Source: Ptychomitrium polyphyllum (lineage: Eukaryota). From it: 64,000 nucleotides of DNA. The position numbers and the translations under genes were made by a program. Below, in pieces: positions 39,100 through 55,900 of the stretch (position 1 is the first letter of the stretch; the number at the start of each line of letters is the position of its first letter). Under the pieces are notes generated by a model. That model worked only from the letters and a program-made list of their open reading frames with translations, ran no database searches and was not told the DNA's origin. The stretch lies in NCBI GenBank assembly GCA_973851085.1, contig OZ316775.1:4898001-4962000 (forward strand). The letters run 5' to 3'.

Positions 39100-39554
39100 C
39101 TACAGAATATCTTTAAAGGGTACTCCGACAGAATATTCAAAAACTTCTGATCCGTAGCTTCAGAATATCTTTATGGTCAAAGCTATAGTTGAAACACAAA
39201 CTACAGTACTAACGTTTTGTACAATCCCTAAGGTACAAAACGAGAATAAAGTTACAAGATCATACCTGCATAAGCTTAGACCAGGAGAATGTACTGAACA
39301 ATCTCGCTTCCACTACGATGAAAGCCATGAGGAATCGAATAGTCTGTAGGGAATAGATCACTAGAACACTGCTCATGCTCCGGTACTCAAGAAAAAAAAA
39401 CAGTGCCTTTCACGAGTAAGGATATGAACATACTTTATAAACCCAATCTAGTTCAATACAATATAATAGCAAATGATTCCAAGATTCAATACTGAAATAC
39501 AGTTTCGCTTTTCCTAAAGAACAAGCTTATAGTACAAAGAGATAGTATAAATTT

Positions 39555-41816
39555 TTACTGAGGTAATTTACTGGCATCAAGTCCTGACAATTCAACTAAT
39601 TTCGCAAAGTCCTGTTCTCCGGAGTATTGCTGCAAGCCCACAGAATAGAGATTCTCACAGATCAAAACAGAAGCCAGTCAAATGAGTTCAAATTAATGCT
39701 GAAATTCAACAGGCTAAACTGAAGAAACCAGGAATCTAAACTACCTAAAATAAAAACAAAGTTATACAAGAATTGCACAGAATCTGCAAACGCGTTCCAG
39801 ATACACTTATGAAAGACTGGTTAGTCGTTATCATTGCAAAAGCGGTGCTCTAAGAGGTTGAAAACAAGACAAAGCTTCACACCTGGCCATTGATGATCCA
39901 TGTTGGGAAGCCTTGGATGTTGACAGCATTGCATTCTTTAGCAATCTGTACTCCGGTTCTGTAGCCCTCAGGATAACATTCAACATAATTGACATACTTC
40001 ATTGCCTCCTTACCAAACATCTGAAACCCATGGCCCAAAGACTCTACATTTAGCCCTCCATGAAAGATCGTAAGCTCTAAATATGAAGCAGGTCAAAACA
40101 ACATTGGAGATCCAAAACCCTTAAAGCGGAAGCCTTTTGAATGTAAGTACAAAACTCTCCTACTCGTGTCAACCATCATTCGTTTTGTGTTACCTGCTTT
40201 TGCTCGAAACAATGTGAGCACCAAAATGCACCATACATCTTTGCGCCAATTGCGTTCAACTGCTTGGCCAAAGTTAGCTCTTGTGAGCTTGAGACATGTG
40301 TAACTTCTGGGGATATAGGTGGTAGATCTATATCACCTGATCTGAAGTCCAAAACAAGGACAAGGGTTGATCACACATCTTATCGTTTCAGTACAACGGA
40401 GCACTGCCATGGAAAGATAACTACATTTTCAAGTGAAGCTTTCAACAACCCAAACGTTAATCCAAAGAGAATTGATATACTTGAGAGTGAAGCTTGTGAG
40501 CTGAAATGACAAATGTAAATATAAATTCAGAAAATTAGCATACCTAAAAGCTTCAGGGTCAATGCCTTCGAAGGCCGTTGAAAGTACTAAGGCGACAGAG
40601 ACCCCAGCTGCCAATTGGACACCAGCTACATTGCGAAGATCATTAGAAGAAAAACCCTGCACATGTCGGAATCTCTTCAGCCACACCATATGTGAATACA
40701 ACAGATCCAGAGCAAATAATGATTCCTTGAATTTCTTAAAGATAGTCCAACAGTGTAAAAGTAAATCGTATTACAGTATCACAAGTGAGCTTACCACAAG
40801 AGTGCACAAGAGAAGGCTAACTGACAGAAGCGCCGAACCCACACAGTATGTACAAGATGCGCCATCCAACTTGACATTCAAGATGTACATGAAGTAGGTA
40901 CTTGCAACCCCCATTGCTGTAGTACTTGCTAACAACAGCCAATTCACAAGCCCTTCCTCCTCAATGGCACGCTCCTTTGGGTTTGTCGCCATACGGCCAG
41001 CTAAGAGCGTCACAGCGCCGAATGCAAGCATTCCTACCAGCGACAAAGGAACTCCTGCATCGCCACAAGCAAACATAAAGAGAAATCAAATCATCCGAAC
41101 TGTTAGAATCAAAGCGACTTAAATGATAAGCTGATCTTCCAAACATACAAAGAAAATTGACAGTCCACATACCAAAAATTGTGCCATATTCACTGTTGAG
41201 AACATCGTCGCAACCAGTGCCACCAAGGGGACATGAGACTGGTCCTCCATACAACTTCTTCCACGTCAAATAAGTAGTCTCTAGTACTCCAGCCGCAGCC
41301 AGGCCTGTTATCAACCCATACCGCAGTTTTGATGGCTCCTCTGCAGCAAAACTTTCCACCCTTTTCACTCCACCTTTGGTGTTTTCCACATCTTTGATTG
41401 ACGACAGCTCCGGTGAGCTTTGATTATCGTCGTTAGAAGGGAGAGGAGTTTGAGCTCGTACACAAAACGAAGGGCGAAGATGAGTTCGCAGCCGGCGGAA
41501 GCAGCCTCTGTCGCACCTTTTCTAAGCCACACACAACCACATAAGTATACTAGACGTCCAGATAAAAGCATAGGAATACCCTGAAAACGTACACATAAGT
41601 CACATCACTCGTCACGAAATTGCTGCACTCTCTGACTGCTATCACCAGAAGGTCCACAGGACTGCCAGCAGTGCATACCGTAGTAACTGGGAGACATCTA
41701 GAGCTATACAAGGGATGACGAGTGCGAGTGCTTTTAAACTTCTGCATTCGACTTGATGCTTTCCCAAAGCATACCGCAGGAGCTGAAGGGAGTACACAGT
41801 AGTTTACGATCTCCAT
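39555..41816 (-). CDS. LTO1: Thylakoid VKOR-thioredoxin fusion thiol-disulfide oxidoreductase (LTO1-like), about 7 exons
   Basis: Transit-peptide-like exons at 41816-41679 and from 41521. VKOR motifs CPLGGTGCDDVLNSEYG and CTYC. Trx-like MYGAFWCSHC, VECYPEG, IQGFPTWIINGQ. GT-AG introns join in frame to TAA at 39555. The start codon is inferred. Confidence 0.9.
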
Positions 41817-43889
41817 GAATAAAATCTTCCAGCAATCTGCACAAAATACAAACATCTACTGCTTAGTTTACGAAAAGATCCAGAAACGCAGTACTCACGA
41901 GAAAGCTCTACGCATACTACAATTCCCATACTAGAAGAAAACCAGTCCTGAAGAAACTCAACAACTCCTACGACCGCTAACCCCGAAACCCTAAACCCAA
42001 ATACTTCACACAAGCCATGCCCGGCTCAGCCCAGGGCAACCGTGCCAGAGCGTGATGAGAGTAGCACCAGCGAGGGAATATACTTCCACTAGATCTGCTC
42101 CAAGGACCAATTCACAACACGGCAAGAATTAGGACTCCTATCCACACCCGGCACCAGCACCGCCTTTCGGAAAAGCTCCTGTGCAACCTGGAACCGACTT
42201 GCACATCCCTAAGTTTGCAACGGAATAGGAACCCGCAACGAGAGAACTAGCTGATCCTCCACACGACCGATGCTCGCCAATACTCGTCCCCTGGCTTCCC
42301 CACACCTCTCTCCCGCAGCATGCAGCGCGACTTCGCCACTCCCGCTCCGAACTTTGTCAATCCTGTGATTCCCTGGTGGTCCCATACACACGTCCCTTCC
42401 CCGATCCTTCGCAAGGGTCTGCGCCTCCTGTTGCAGCCTTGCCACATCCATTCTCCACACGTCCTATCATATTTGTACTCTCCCTCTCTCTCTGTAGGAG
42501 ATTACGTACATGCTACAACTGTAATGGGAGATTCTGTGGATGTGGATCCTCTACATACATCTTGATTGCATAGATAGAGAATGGTTTAGGAGGCTCTTCA
42601 AATACTTCCAATTGAATCTCCTGAATTTCATGCTGCAAATTCTTCTCGTCCAGTGAATGCAAAGGAATATGTTTTTGGACCATCGCACATTATCATGCCT
42701 TTATGGTGAAAGAATTCGTTTTTTTTCTGGTTGGTTTGTTGCATGTGATGTCCAGCATGTGTTGGGAGTGAAGACGTTTGTTGATTTTGAAGTACTTATT
42801 GTTGATAAACTTAGGAAGAAACCATTTTGGACTGTGTAGGATTTTGAAAGCTTTTTTTCGAAGGAGGATTTTTTGTATCAAAAAGTTAGTCTTATCTTAT
42901 TTTGTTTGGCTTCAGATTTGAATTGTCTGTTGTTGGACTATGAAAAACAAAGTGGTCATCGTTCTTGATGTGTTAAAAACTTTCCAGTTTAAAAAAAGTT
43001 CAAATAATGTCTTGTATATTGAACTTCACATCCTTTTCTTTGAATGTTATTTGGCATATTGGAATTTAGAGTTTACAACAAGGTTTACACTAAATCTAGA
43101 CTTTTGAGTGAGCCTTAAAATGTTAAATTCACGAAGAGATGCCCACAATCCAACGGACTCATGGCTTCAGATTTTGAATATCATTAGCCAAAAGAACGTC
43201 AGGATACCCAAAAAGAGTGAAAAGTTCTAAGTATATACACTTAGGTAATATCTTGACACAGCTATTTTATAACATGTTGATACTCCGTACGTACGTCGTC
43301 GTGAGTGTGTTTATCTGAAATACAAGGAGCATGCTAATCGAAGTATCTACAAGAGCAATATCGTTCACTGATTTTTGTTAAGAAACATTGTTCAGGGCGA
43401 TCCCTGGAGTTACGAGAGAGAGCGGTAGCTTCTTGATCTTCTGGATTCTACTTCTAGTCGCTGCAGTCTCAGCTGGCCTCTCCAGTTTCCTGCGTCTCTT
43501 AGTTAGAACATGCGCTCCAGATCCATTTCTTAGTACCAGTAGGAAAAATGGCGTCATACGTTGGTGCATGTGCTTGTGAGGATGCAAACTTGGCTGAAAT
43601 AACAACACGAGATGTTGCTTACAATTAATGCTAGTGACGACCTCCTGGTTTGGGTTGAAAAGAATAAGAGCATCACGTAAGATCACAGCCTAACGGCCCT
43701 GCGCCTGGTAATAATCTCTAGTTAAGAGCAGGTGAGCTATTCTGAGAAATATTTTCTACTGACTGACATTGGTGTCACTGCATATCATACCCAGGTTTCG
43801 GCAATCTGGAGCCTTATAATCATGACCCCTTTGTTGAAGGCAGACTGAAGTATTTAATTAGAGGTACTGGTCCCTGGTCCCTGGTCCGG

Positions 43890-44240
43890 ACGAGTTTGAT
43901 CTCAGAAGCTTCCACCCATTTGCGGTCGACTACCACCTGATATATTCATCGAATGGTTGGACAACATGGACAACTTGGGGAGTTAAGACCGTCACACAGC
44001 TTGCAAAGAATGCCACCCGGTATTTCTACCGTTGGTTTCGACCTTGGGTCTGTGAAGAGAGTCTGCTCCGCAGTCATCAACCCTCTCTGAGTCCGCGAAT
44101 AGAAGTCGTAAGCAATAATGAAGGTGGAATGTCGGGGTTTATAGCGGATGCAGTTCGCACAGCTGTTGTGATGATCCGTTCGGCGCCAGGGCAAGAACTT
44201 CATCGCAAGCTGCCCCAACACAACCTGCATGAGTCCGTGC
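43890..44240 (-). pseudogene. Class III peroxidase relic
   Basis: YDFYSRTQRGLMTAEQTLFTDPRSKPTVE resembles the conserved YY...RGLLxSDQxLFTDPRTxxxVE block. Weaker out-of-frame traces (ACDEVLALA, VAFFAS). Same strand as, and just downstream of, the intact peroxidase. Confidence 0.45.
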
Positions 44241-45628
44241 GACCTGTTGCTGCTGACCAAACGAGGAGCATAACCACTACGACTCAGACACTGCAACCTT
44301 CACCATGACCATCGCCATACTACAGAGACGGCCCGACAAATTAATCTGCATTTGAAGTGTCGTGGACACATAGAATGCATCCATCACAACCACTGCACAC
44401 CTTCTGAAGACGTTTTCTCACTCCACTTCAGCACTTCGGAGCTCACAATTGTGTCACTGATCAGATTACCGACATGTCACTAATGACACAGCATTAACTT
44501 ATTTCGCCTGCTTCCGAATTTACTTAACTGCTGAGAAAAGACATTTTAAAGATCAATTCGGAAGATATCATGTACGTACTTCCAGTATAGCAAATTATCT
44601 AGCAATTGGATAGCTCCACTCAGAAATATAATCTACGGCAGCTAGCTTGCAACTTAATTAGCAGCGAACGACACATGTCTTGGTCACTTCCCCAAGTTTA
44701 CCTTAAAATCAAGGTTTTCAGCCAGTGCCGGTAACTATAACTCGCCACACATCACCCGTCTACTTACGTACCACTCCTAACAATTTCACCTGATTCGGTG
44801 ATTCAGCTCACAAGAAAGCCGATGTTTGAATCTGGAGAGTGCTTGTTAGTAAATAAAAATGGTCTTTCAGATATCATCAAATTCAGCTGGATCCCGATTT
44901 CCAGCTCTACAGCAAGCCATTCCTGGTACTGTACTGTAGGGAGTAAATACTGCAAGAGTTCAAACAAATCAGTCATCAATCTGAAAACTAAGTCAACCAG
45001 ACATTGGAGCGTGCAGACATGAAGCCATTAGCGGTTTTGGCAAGCCAGCATTTAAAGCAATGCGCGTAAAATCTTTCATTCTGGCGACCCTTATTTGGGG
45101 GAGTGTAAGCCAGAAGTACTGTAAATTTCAAAACCTGTGCATTTCTTTCGAGTGCAGGTTGACTTTATTGTTACGTCATTCGAGGATATGAAGTTTGTTA
45201 CATACAAAAGTCGGCAATAATATCACACGACGCTTTGATTTGCACAGACCTGGATGACTTCTTTAGTAGACGTGTTCGTCCATTACAATGACTTATGAGT
45301 GGTCAAATGAAACCCAAATTTGTACTTGAATAAGATTATAAGAATTGTTAGGATTATATTGATAGGAACAGAATTGATCTTTGTCACAAAAAATGAATCT
45401 TCAAATTGCTTCACATGGTAGAATAGACAGTTTACGATGATTTGCCTGCTGTTCCTAATGAACGGATGTACAAATTTAGCAGACTTAAGCCAAAATTGAA
45501 TTAATTGTTTTTGTTATTTTCAAGTAAGTTGACCAAATTGTGGCTCTCTCCAAGTGCCCGAGGATTGAAAACTCCAACAATGACAGCTCTTTCAAGAATT
45601 CAGTCCCAAAAAGTGGACGAGCTGCTCA

Positions 45629-47235
<1,607 letters not shown>

Positions 47236-48506
47236 AAGAGACCTGATAATACGAGATAATCTGTTATCTTTTTCAAAACCTGCAGCGGGTGATCTAGGTA
47301 GAACGGAAGCACTTTTGAACTCAAATACTTACAAACATTATGTATGTGAACATCTCCCTTCTGAAATGAACTCTGCTACAAACCACCATTATAAGGCATG
47401 CTTAACAAGTTATTAGTGCAGCTTGAAGAATATCATCTCAAACCTAAAGTACGTAGTATCATTGACTTGCTACTAATGGCAAAAGCAGGACTCGTTCTGC
47501 TTCTTGGCTAGCACAAAAGAGACGCTCTGGGGCGAAATTGTCACAAGAACAAGCAAGCAGTCGTCGTTTGATACTAGAAAACTGCAAACCTCCTCTTGTC
47601 GAAATTAAAGCTCAGCAGCTGAACGTGAAGACTCAGAGCTAGCAGCTTCCTGTACGGAAGAGCATAGACCAGGAAAGAAGGTGATACTCACTAGGAACAA
47701 GGAAGAAACCTGATGCATCAAACTATCAGAGTACTCTATCACACGCATCTGCCTATGCTTGAAACCAGATATAACCAAGCTGAACTATATAGCGGCAATA
47801 CAGGCACTGTGTTATGTGATTGCAGCACACGAAGTGACGGCATTAATAGTAACGACTAATGCGGTTAGCGAGGAGTCGGCCCAGACGCGGTTTCAGCAGG
47901 TGAACTTCATAATGAGCATTGCCTGAAAACTCCAATCGGGCGGTGAGCAGATTAAACCTGACAGTGTTGCCCCTGCCACCGCCGGTGTGCATCAGAATCC
48001 CCATCAAATCCGGGAATTACATACACTACTGAATTAAGTTCTCGTTCAATTCTCCTCGATCTCCCTCCGCTAAAGGAGCTTTCTTCACAAACCATCATGA
48101 TAGCCTAAGCTCTGAACTACTCCAAACTTAGCTTTGAATCACATGAGTTGTGCAAATCTTGCATGAGTAACACAAAAACTTCAATGTATCTAATAGCAGA
48201 GGTTTGCCATGGCAACAGTACCTAGTACCTAGTACCTAGTTTTCATTCCATTTCTTAACTGCGCCCTCACGGAGCGCATTGATCTGTTTAGCATGGTCTG
48301 TTCACAGCATCATTGCTTCAGCTAACGCTGGTACTACTGCTTGCATAGCAAAGTCAAATCACTGTCAGAGGTTTTAATGTTTCAGATTGCTGCTGGCGAA
48401 CGAAGCCTGCAGATTCAACGTCTCTGTACAGAGTCCGCGCAAGCTTTGATTATAACGATAATCAGTTGTCAGTGTCAGAAGTTCCACGGAAGTTTGAACA
48501 CCCGTT

Positions 48507-48527
48507 GCCACGTCATCTGCCACGTGT
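48507..48527 (-). promoter_or_regulatory. Tandem ABRE/G-box pair upstream of the peroxidase
   Basis: ACACGTGGC and TGACGTGGC on the minus strand, 12 bp apart. Confidence 0.4.
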
Positions 48528-51500
48528 GTCAAACCGGTTCCACTCTGGGTGTTATTTAACAACAGCTCTTGCAAATAATACATGAGAGTTAATAAAATGA
48601 CAATGATACCAAATTTTGCAAGCCATACATACATTGTTGGAGATGAGGGTGTTTCTTTATGACGTTGGTGGTTCACATTTCATTGAAGAATAAAAGTTTA
48701 CTAAATTATATATTTTGGATTTTTTTGCCTTTTAGAAGCTAATCGAACTTACTTATTAATATGGTAAATATGATTTAAAATAATTTTGAAGTAAAGATTT
48801 TAATGTATGTGTCTATAAGAATTATCGTTTGATCTATGGAATAATAGCTTTTGGAAGTAAAAGTAAATTTTTCTTATTTTTATTCATTTTGTGCATTAAA
48901 TGTTGATTTAAAAATATTAAATTAATGAAATGTAAGATGTAGTAGAATTAGATTGTAATTAAATTAGGAATCTAATGAGTTATTATTAAATTTAAAATTA
49001 CATCAGAAGAATGAATGAAAATAATTTTTTTCTATAAAATAATTGGATTCTTATCTATGCATTAGTTAAGATAAATTTAAATTAAAAGACTTTTATCCTA
49101 CAAAATTATAGAACTGAATATTAATTATACTTTTACATTTCAAATTCAACTTAAATACATTCAAATATAAAATGACTAAATTTTTTGCATGTATAATAAA
49201 AATAGTATAATCTATATAAAAACTAAAGCAAATTTTTTGAAATTCTAGAGACTTATAAATGTATTTGTAAGTTTCTTAAATTCTAAATTCTAAATCCTAT
49301 AATAATAATAATTAATTATTATTATGAATAAATTTTTTTTCTCTAAACTAAGAATACTTAACAACCATGGTCAATATAAAGTATACATTAAAAACAAAAG
49401 AAATCTTGAAAATTTTTAAATGTTAGTATTAATCATATGATATTCTTGCTTCAAAAATTCAAAATAAAATGTAAAAATTACAAATTCATGATATTTTCAA
49501 TCTTAAATTTCTTACATTGAATAATTTAATGTTACTAAAATACAATCATCCCTTGTGCTCTATGCAATTACCTTAAAGTGTTGGAGGTGTTTGTGATACT
49601 TCATGCAACAATAAGAAGCACAATATAGAATTTATAGTTTAAAAGAATACTAATCTAATTAAATTTTTTTTGAATTTAAATCTAATTTTTGTTTTTAAAA
49701 ATTCTATCTATAGAAAAACAAATAGAAAAATATTTTCTTGTATGAAAAAAGTTGTGTAATGTAACTTTTTGGAGGAAGTGCTTGTTTCATCCAAACTTAG
49801 CTAGTCATCATCTTTCGTTTCCATTGACACTAACAACAATCATGCAATTGTAAGAATCTCACTTTTGCAAGTATGCAAAAGGTTCTATCAATATTTTCAA
49901 GCCTGGCAGTGCTAAAGACTTATCAGTAAATTAGTAATGTAATGGCGATGTACACTCTTCAAGAAATCTACACTGTTCATCAGTTCAATAAGAGTAGATT
50001 CCATGAAACCTTTCAACTGTCTCTAAGAAAACATTTGTTAAACCCTTTCCTACAAAACTTACACTGTCAAATTCAAATGACTAGTTAAATTTTGGTTTGG
50101 TTTGGTTTAGTATGTTGACTAAATTCTACATTGGTGTATTTTTTGACCTCATTCAGGAGATCGTTATTGTTGATTCTGGTCATGTGCCGTGCCTGGAACC
50201 CCATTGCAATGGCATGCAACAGTTACTCCAGGCGTTGCAAAGTTTGAGTAGAAGTAGATTATCAAGTGCAGAGTCGGCTGCTTAGACTCTTAAAGAGCAG
50301 AAAGCAGAGAGCAGAAAGAGAGTGAGTGAAAATGTTGATAATATTAGCTATCTGTTCCTCTTACGTGTACTTGCGGCTAATCAGCAATTGATTGATAGAT
50401 TGAAGTAGTATACTCTATATTCTAGCAGACTGTCTCCACTTGTTCAAAACTTTGAGACCATTAGACTATCAGTCGGTCAGTTCATGACGTGGAGGTATTT
50501 TGTAACCGAGGAAAGGCTTGCAATGGTGCAATATGGTACCCCCGGAATGTTCCTGAATGCCCCTTTCCTGATTCTGAGCTTACAGTCAAGTAGGTGGATG
50601 AAGATGAATCCATGTTGGGTGCCCGACTGCAGTTCAAAGCAGTAGGAGTCAAAAGACCTCGAGACTGAATTAAGTGTTCACGAACTGAACGGCGAAGCCC
50701 TTCAGCGAACTCGAAGCTTCACTTCAACTTACAATCCAGCTGCAATCCAGATGCAGCCCTTACATGGTTGGGCTAAACTGTCAACATGCAACCTTCCAAA
50801 TCCAACAGTGCGATGTAACAACTTCTACCAAATATTTCAATTTCCTGCAATCAAGATTCGTATTCAGTGGGAAGAGTTGCTTGTTTCAGAAAGTGAATTT
50901 GGCTACTATTGCACTAGAGAACTTGTCCAGTACATACAAATTTGTGTCGAGTTTGCCAACTGCATCAACTTCATTGGTGATATGCACAGTGCACACGAAG
51001 TTGGATCTTTCAATCATGGTCTCACAGCAATGTTGTCTCTTTAGACCTTGAAGCTACAACTTCGACCCATTCATTGTGTAGAATCAGAATTTTGATTTCA
51101 AAGAAAACGTAAAAGTTCTTCGCAAAAGTTTGTTGCATTCTTTTCATAAATCAGAGGAGTTCCTTTTGCTTGTTTAGCATGCATATAAGTGAGGTCAAGA
51201 GAAGTGTTCATTGTAACAGGGGGAGAGAATGAATGGAAGGGTAATCAGACTTTGATCTCGCTGGTAACATGGTCTTACTTAGACGAATACTTTGAAGTCG
51301 AAACGAGTCAACGGGCAGTTTGTACCTAAAACTGTAATATACCCTGGGCTCACGCCTTTATCCTCTATCCATTCCGTCGCGGCATGAGCATGGGGATGTC
51401 GTACCGTGGTCAGTAATGTTGCAACACCAACTCATCAGATTCGCTAAGATTTCTGCAGAAATGAGAATCTGTTAATGCATTCACAAAATAGTGAATTGGT

Positions 51501-52555
51501 AATGCTTGCGTCAGTGCAGCTATTAAGCAGAGATTCAGTTGCGACGTCGTTCATCAACATTGAGAACGGAATAATTCTGGGAATCCCTCACTGGTCTAAA
51601 TTTGCTCCATATTAAATAATTATACGCTACAGGCCAAGCTACGTCTTCTCAACATGTCAATCCCAGTGATTCCAACGTCCGCCCTTCCGCTTATCTCTCC
51701 AGGTGGTAGCGAGGTATTCATTGACGAGAAACAATAACTCCACCCCTCAGGGCCCAATTATCACTCAGCCATGATTGCATACACCACCATATAATATGCA
51801 CCCTAAGTCAACCAGATGAGTTCCTAGCTTACTCCAGAACTGGACATGTAACGGCTCATGTGTAAATCTATGTCTAGTTGTCAGCAGGAGCAGCAAAAGC
51901 AGGCCCAGGGTTCACAAGTATACCTGAAAATTAATTCTTAATGCTTGATAAATTCACTTCATGACCATCCCGTATCATGTTCAACTAGTTCAGTCAGTGA
52001 CAAAGTATTCGGTGATTTAGTTAGGAGATTGTGAAAATTTCGGATTAGAAACGTTGCTTTAGTTGCTTTTAGATCATAAGTGATAGAAGTGGCATCACGG
52101 AAAAACATATTTGGAATGTACAATGACTCTCCGAAGTCGATCAATCACACGACTTTTGGAATTATTGAGGCTTTTCACTTCGTTGTGTTGGAGAAAATTG
52201 ATGATATGATTGCTAAGGTGTGACAACCTGGTACAAACTCAGAAATCAGGGAATGGTGTGCACATTCACAAAGTGAAAGGCCAGAAACCAGGATCGCCTT
52301 AGAACAGCTTAATATTGTAAAAAGTTCCTTGAACTATATTATTACTTTCAACAGTCTCCAAGCAAGCAAGCACCCATTTCTGTTTGACTACAAAACATAA
52401 GTGAGTCTGGGTGAAGCTGCTGGGTGTTATTAACAAAGCAGACGACTAAGTCTCACGATTCGTAATCATAGTGCTGCATAGAGTAGTGGTTATACATGAA
52501 CTGAGCCTTTACTTCCCCATTGTAACCATATGGAGAGTATTCCAGTACTGAATAT

Positions 52556-52945
52556 CTACTCATTGGCACAGGTTCCTGCTGGGCAGTCGCAGTTGGCCCC
52601 GCACTTGCCATTCTCCTTCGCGCAAGTTCCTGAAAATAATTTCCCAACATGAGCACTACCATTACTGCCATTTACAGCAATTCTCAAAAAGTCCATCTAA
52701 TTAAAGCGACCGTGATATGGCGCAGCCAGTTTTGGAAAATTTTCCCCGTGATCTGCACTTTCTACATAGTAATAGACTTGATGATAACTTGTTATGATCC
52801 ATAACTAGGACCTAGCTCCATCAGGTTATTAAAAGAATTTACCTGCTGCGCAGTCACAGTTGGCACCGCATTTGCCATTCTCCTTGGCGCAGGTTCCTGC
52901 TGCGCAGTCGCAGTTGGCACCACACTTTCCGTTGTCCTTGGCCAT
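52556..52945 (-). CDS. Triple-repeat metallothionein-like peptide A (58 aa, 12 Cys), 2 exons
   Basis: Exons 52945-52843 and 52629-52556 with a GT-AG phase-1 intron give MAKDNGKCGANCDCAAGTCAKENGKCGANCDCAAGTCAKENGKCGANCDCPAGTCANE*. Differences between repeats are mostly synonymous. Confidence 0.88.
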
Positions 52946-55900
52946 TGTTACTGGGTTATGTCACCGACTGAAGCTCTACACCCAAACAATACATGTATCA
53001 TTGTTAGAGTATATCCACAAGTTCCCAAGTTGATCAGCACTTTGAGTCACAACAACCATACTTAGTGGTTATGATACAGCAAAGAAAGTTTCACACTTTC
53101 CTCAAAACCATAGGGAGACCACTTTTCTTTAGTGAAGAAATCAAAGTCGAGAAAAAAACAGACTGAGATGATGTAAGGTAATTGTACTAAAAAAAAAAAG
53201 TAGCATACCTGAGTTTAGCAAGATCGTACTGCTTGTAACGCAAGAGAGGTCCTGCTTGTAACACAAGAAAATTCCGTTAGGACTGATCACTCTTCCAAAA
53301 GTGGAAACAGCTATTATATGAACATTACATGAACAGAAAGTTACAATCAATCGCAACTACTGGATCAACAGTCCGGAAGACTAGAAGTTCAAACGATCCG
53401 CTACATCCTACAGTTTAAGCAGAGGAAGATCCAGCTATGGTCAGTCTGTATCTGATTCTGTGACTATGGATGCCTAACTTCTCACAAGAAGATAACATAA
53501 GGGCTCGAAACGTGGAAGCAGGAAAACAAGTTCAGATTCGTCTCACCTCTGGAGTCTGGAAGGCAATTGCAACGATTGAAATGATGACTGATGCAAATGG
53601 CTCCCCTGCTCTACCATCTTATACCTGTGAGCCACCCTCTTTTTCTATGAGTCACCATGGAAATTTTACCCTCTCACTCACGTCACAGATTAAATCAATT
53701 CGGTTAAAGTCCTTTAAAATCACTCAAAGTTACCATGGAACGAACTTTCGTGGTGAAGTCAAGGTGTGCAGATTGTCGACGTTGCCTACCTGAAAGTGAT
53801 TTCATATTGACGTGCTTGATTTAGGGTGGATATTCGGAGGTCATGCAGACCTACTACCCACTCTTGAGCTTCCATTGGGCAGAAGTTGTTGCAAGGTCAT
53901 GCATCTTTGCCTCGAACCTAAGGACAAAGGGTGAACACGATTCTCTCCACCGATCAGGTTTTGCTTCCACGTTGATGCAAACACTGCACGCGGACAACAA
54001 AGAATCAAAGGGAAAGTCTGAATGTCTACGAATCTAATGGGCCCCTGCCCAAGGTTGTTACCTGTAGCAGTCTATATAGTACAGCGTTGGAGTGGATTGA
54101 TTGTAAGGATAAGAATTTGATGCTAGAACAGCCATGGCTTGGACTAAACTCTGCTTAGTTAGAGGGTGGTTATGAGAAGATTGCAAGTAGTAAGCTGGGT
54201 AGAGCTGGGTAGAGCATCTCGGAATCCGCTAGTGATGAGTCGGTGAAGCCACTCAATGGACGTTCCTGCACATAAGAATCTCTCTCGACTCTTCTGATTC
54301 TCACTGTACTATGGTCCTTGGGTACTGCCTGTGCACTATTCCTTCAGGTGCTGATTGTGCACAGGAGTCCCTTGCTGCACTGCTTGTCCTGGAGTCCTTT
54401 GAGTGCACGTCCTGTTGCAACTTGCTAAAAGAAAACTAACTTCAGTTCAAAAGAATCTAATTCCACTCCAGATCTTTCCATGTCAATCGGGCAGCCAAGT
54501 TGAATGGAAGTTGATCCTAATCTAAAGCACGTGATTACTCTGAACCTTGCCAATACGCACCTAAAGCTTGAATCTTCCTGAGACACAGATTATGAATTCA
54601 GTAATCTATGGCGAGTGCAGCTTCCAAAATAAAGGATAAACACGGAAGAATTTTGTGATTCATCGTAACATTATTAGCTTTTTAAGTATTATTTTAGAAG
54701 TTAAACTAGGGGTAACTGGTACGCCGATGTTTTAACACATGTTTCCTACACAATACTTATTTGCTAAAATAATTACTGTACGAATTTTTTCACAATTACT
54801 ACAATGGTTTTCAAAATACGTGGTTAAATATAAAATGTTGTAAGGGAATACTTGCAGGCATAGGAAGCCACGCCTGTGGAATACTTTACTATTGTGATGG
54901 CTAGAAAGGCATAAGTGACTCGAGCGTGCATTCAGTTACATGCTAACCAAATGAACTATGATATGAAGTAGGAAACTTTTAAGAAAAAGACCAAGATAAA
55001 TTCAGAAGCCTTTATTGATTTGTACTAAGAACTGGATAATACAAACCAAGATGCATTGGCGGGCAATTGCTTGCTTATGTCTAATATAAGATTCTAACCA
55101 AAAAAATCCCGGATGCTACTAGAAGGAGGGCATACAGACAAATAGTATGGGATGTACAGACCATATCGAGAAGATGCTTCTGTGAGGCCAATTTAGAATG
55201 CAACAAATTCAAAAATGGTATGGTTTTAACCTTAGAACAATGGCTGTTGTGGAGGGATCTGGAACCTACCATTCTTCTTTCCACTTCTGGAAGCTTCGAG
55301 TCGGCTGCTCGTCATCCGCAGCTATATCACAACTTGACCTCTGCTTAGGCCTCAGAATAATATCTGTACTCTCTCTGAAGCAAGAAAATCAAGATAACTC
55401 TCCAAACTGGACACACCTTTGGCGTCAATCCAAGCCAGATGTTGCTGTCCTGGTTGGTGCACAAAGAGGGCCTACTGCTTGTCCCCAGCAATCATGGACG
55501 CTTTCATTGTGAAACAGTTGCTTGTTCCTATCTGGGCTGCATTGGAATGCTCGCTGACGCGACCCTCCTGCCTACACATTGAATGGCTGTCTTCATGCTT
55601 CGTTGTGAGATTTATCTCTACAAGTCGCTACAGCCGTTCAGTGAAACCCAGGCCAGGTATCAATCAGACGAAGGGTATCCATGAACTTAGATGTGGAGAG
55701 CATGGTCATGGCCTGTCTGCAACAAGAAAGGACAATAAAGGGGTATGTCACTGTAATTGCACAAGGTTTGAAGTACTCGGCAACATCCTAGCCATTGAAA
55801 ATCACAGCTCAAGCTCAATAAAGGACTAAACTTAGAAGGAACTTTGCTTTTATTCATTTGGAGGGTGCAAATTTATTTTTTCTAACACAGTAAAGAAGCG

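Noticed and set aside
52453..52671. ORF-track products 52453-52671 and 59868-60427
   Set aside because: Alternative-frame or antisense shadows of the MT-like exons.
54310..54430. Possible third degenerate MT-like exon (minus strand ends AAGGAATAG)
   Set aside because: No Cys pattern is retained in any frame.
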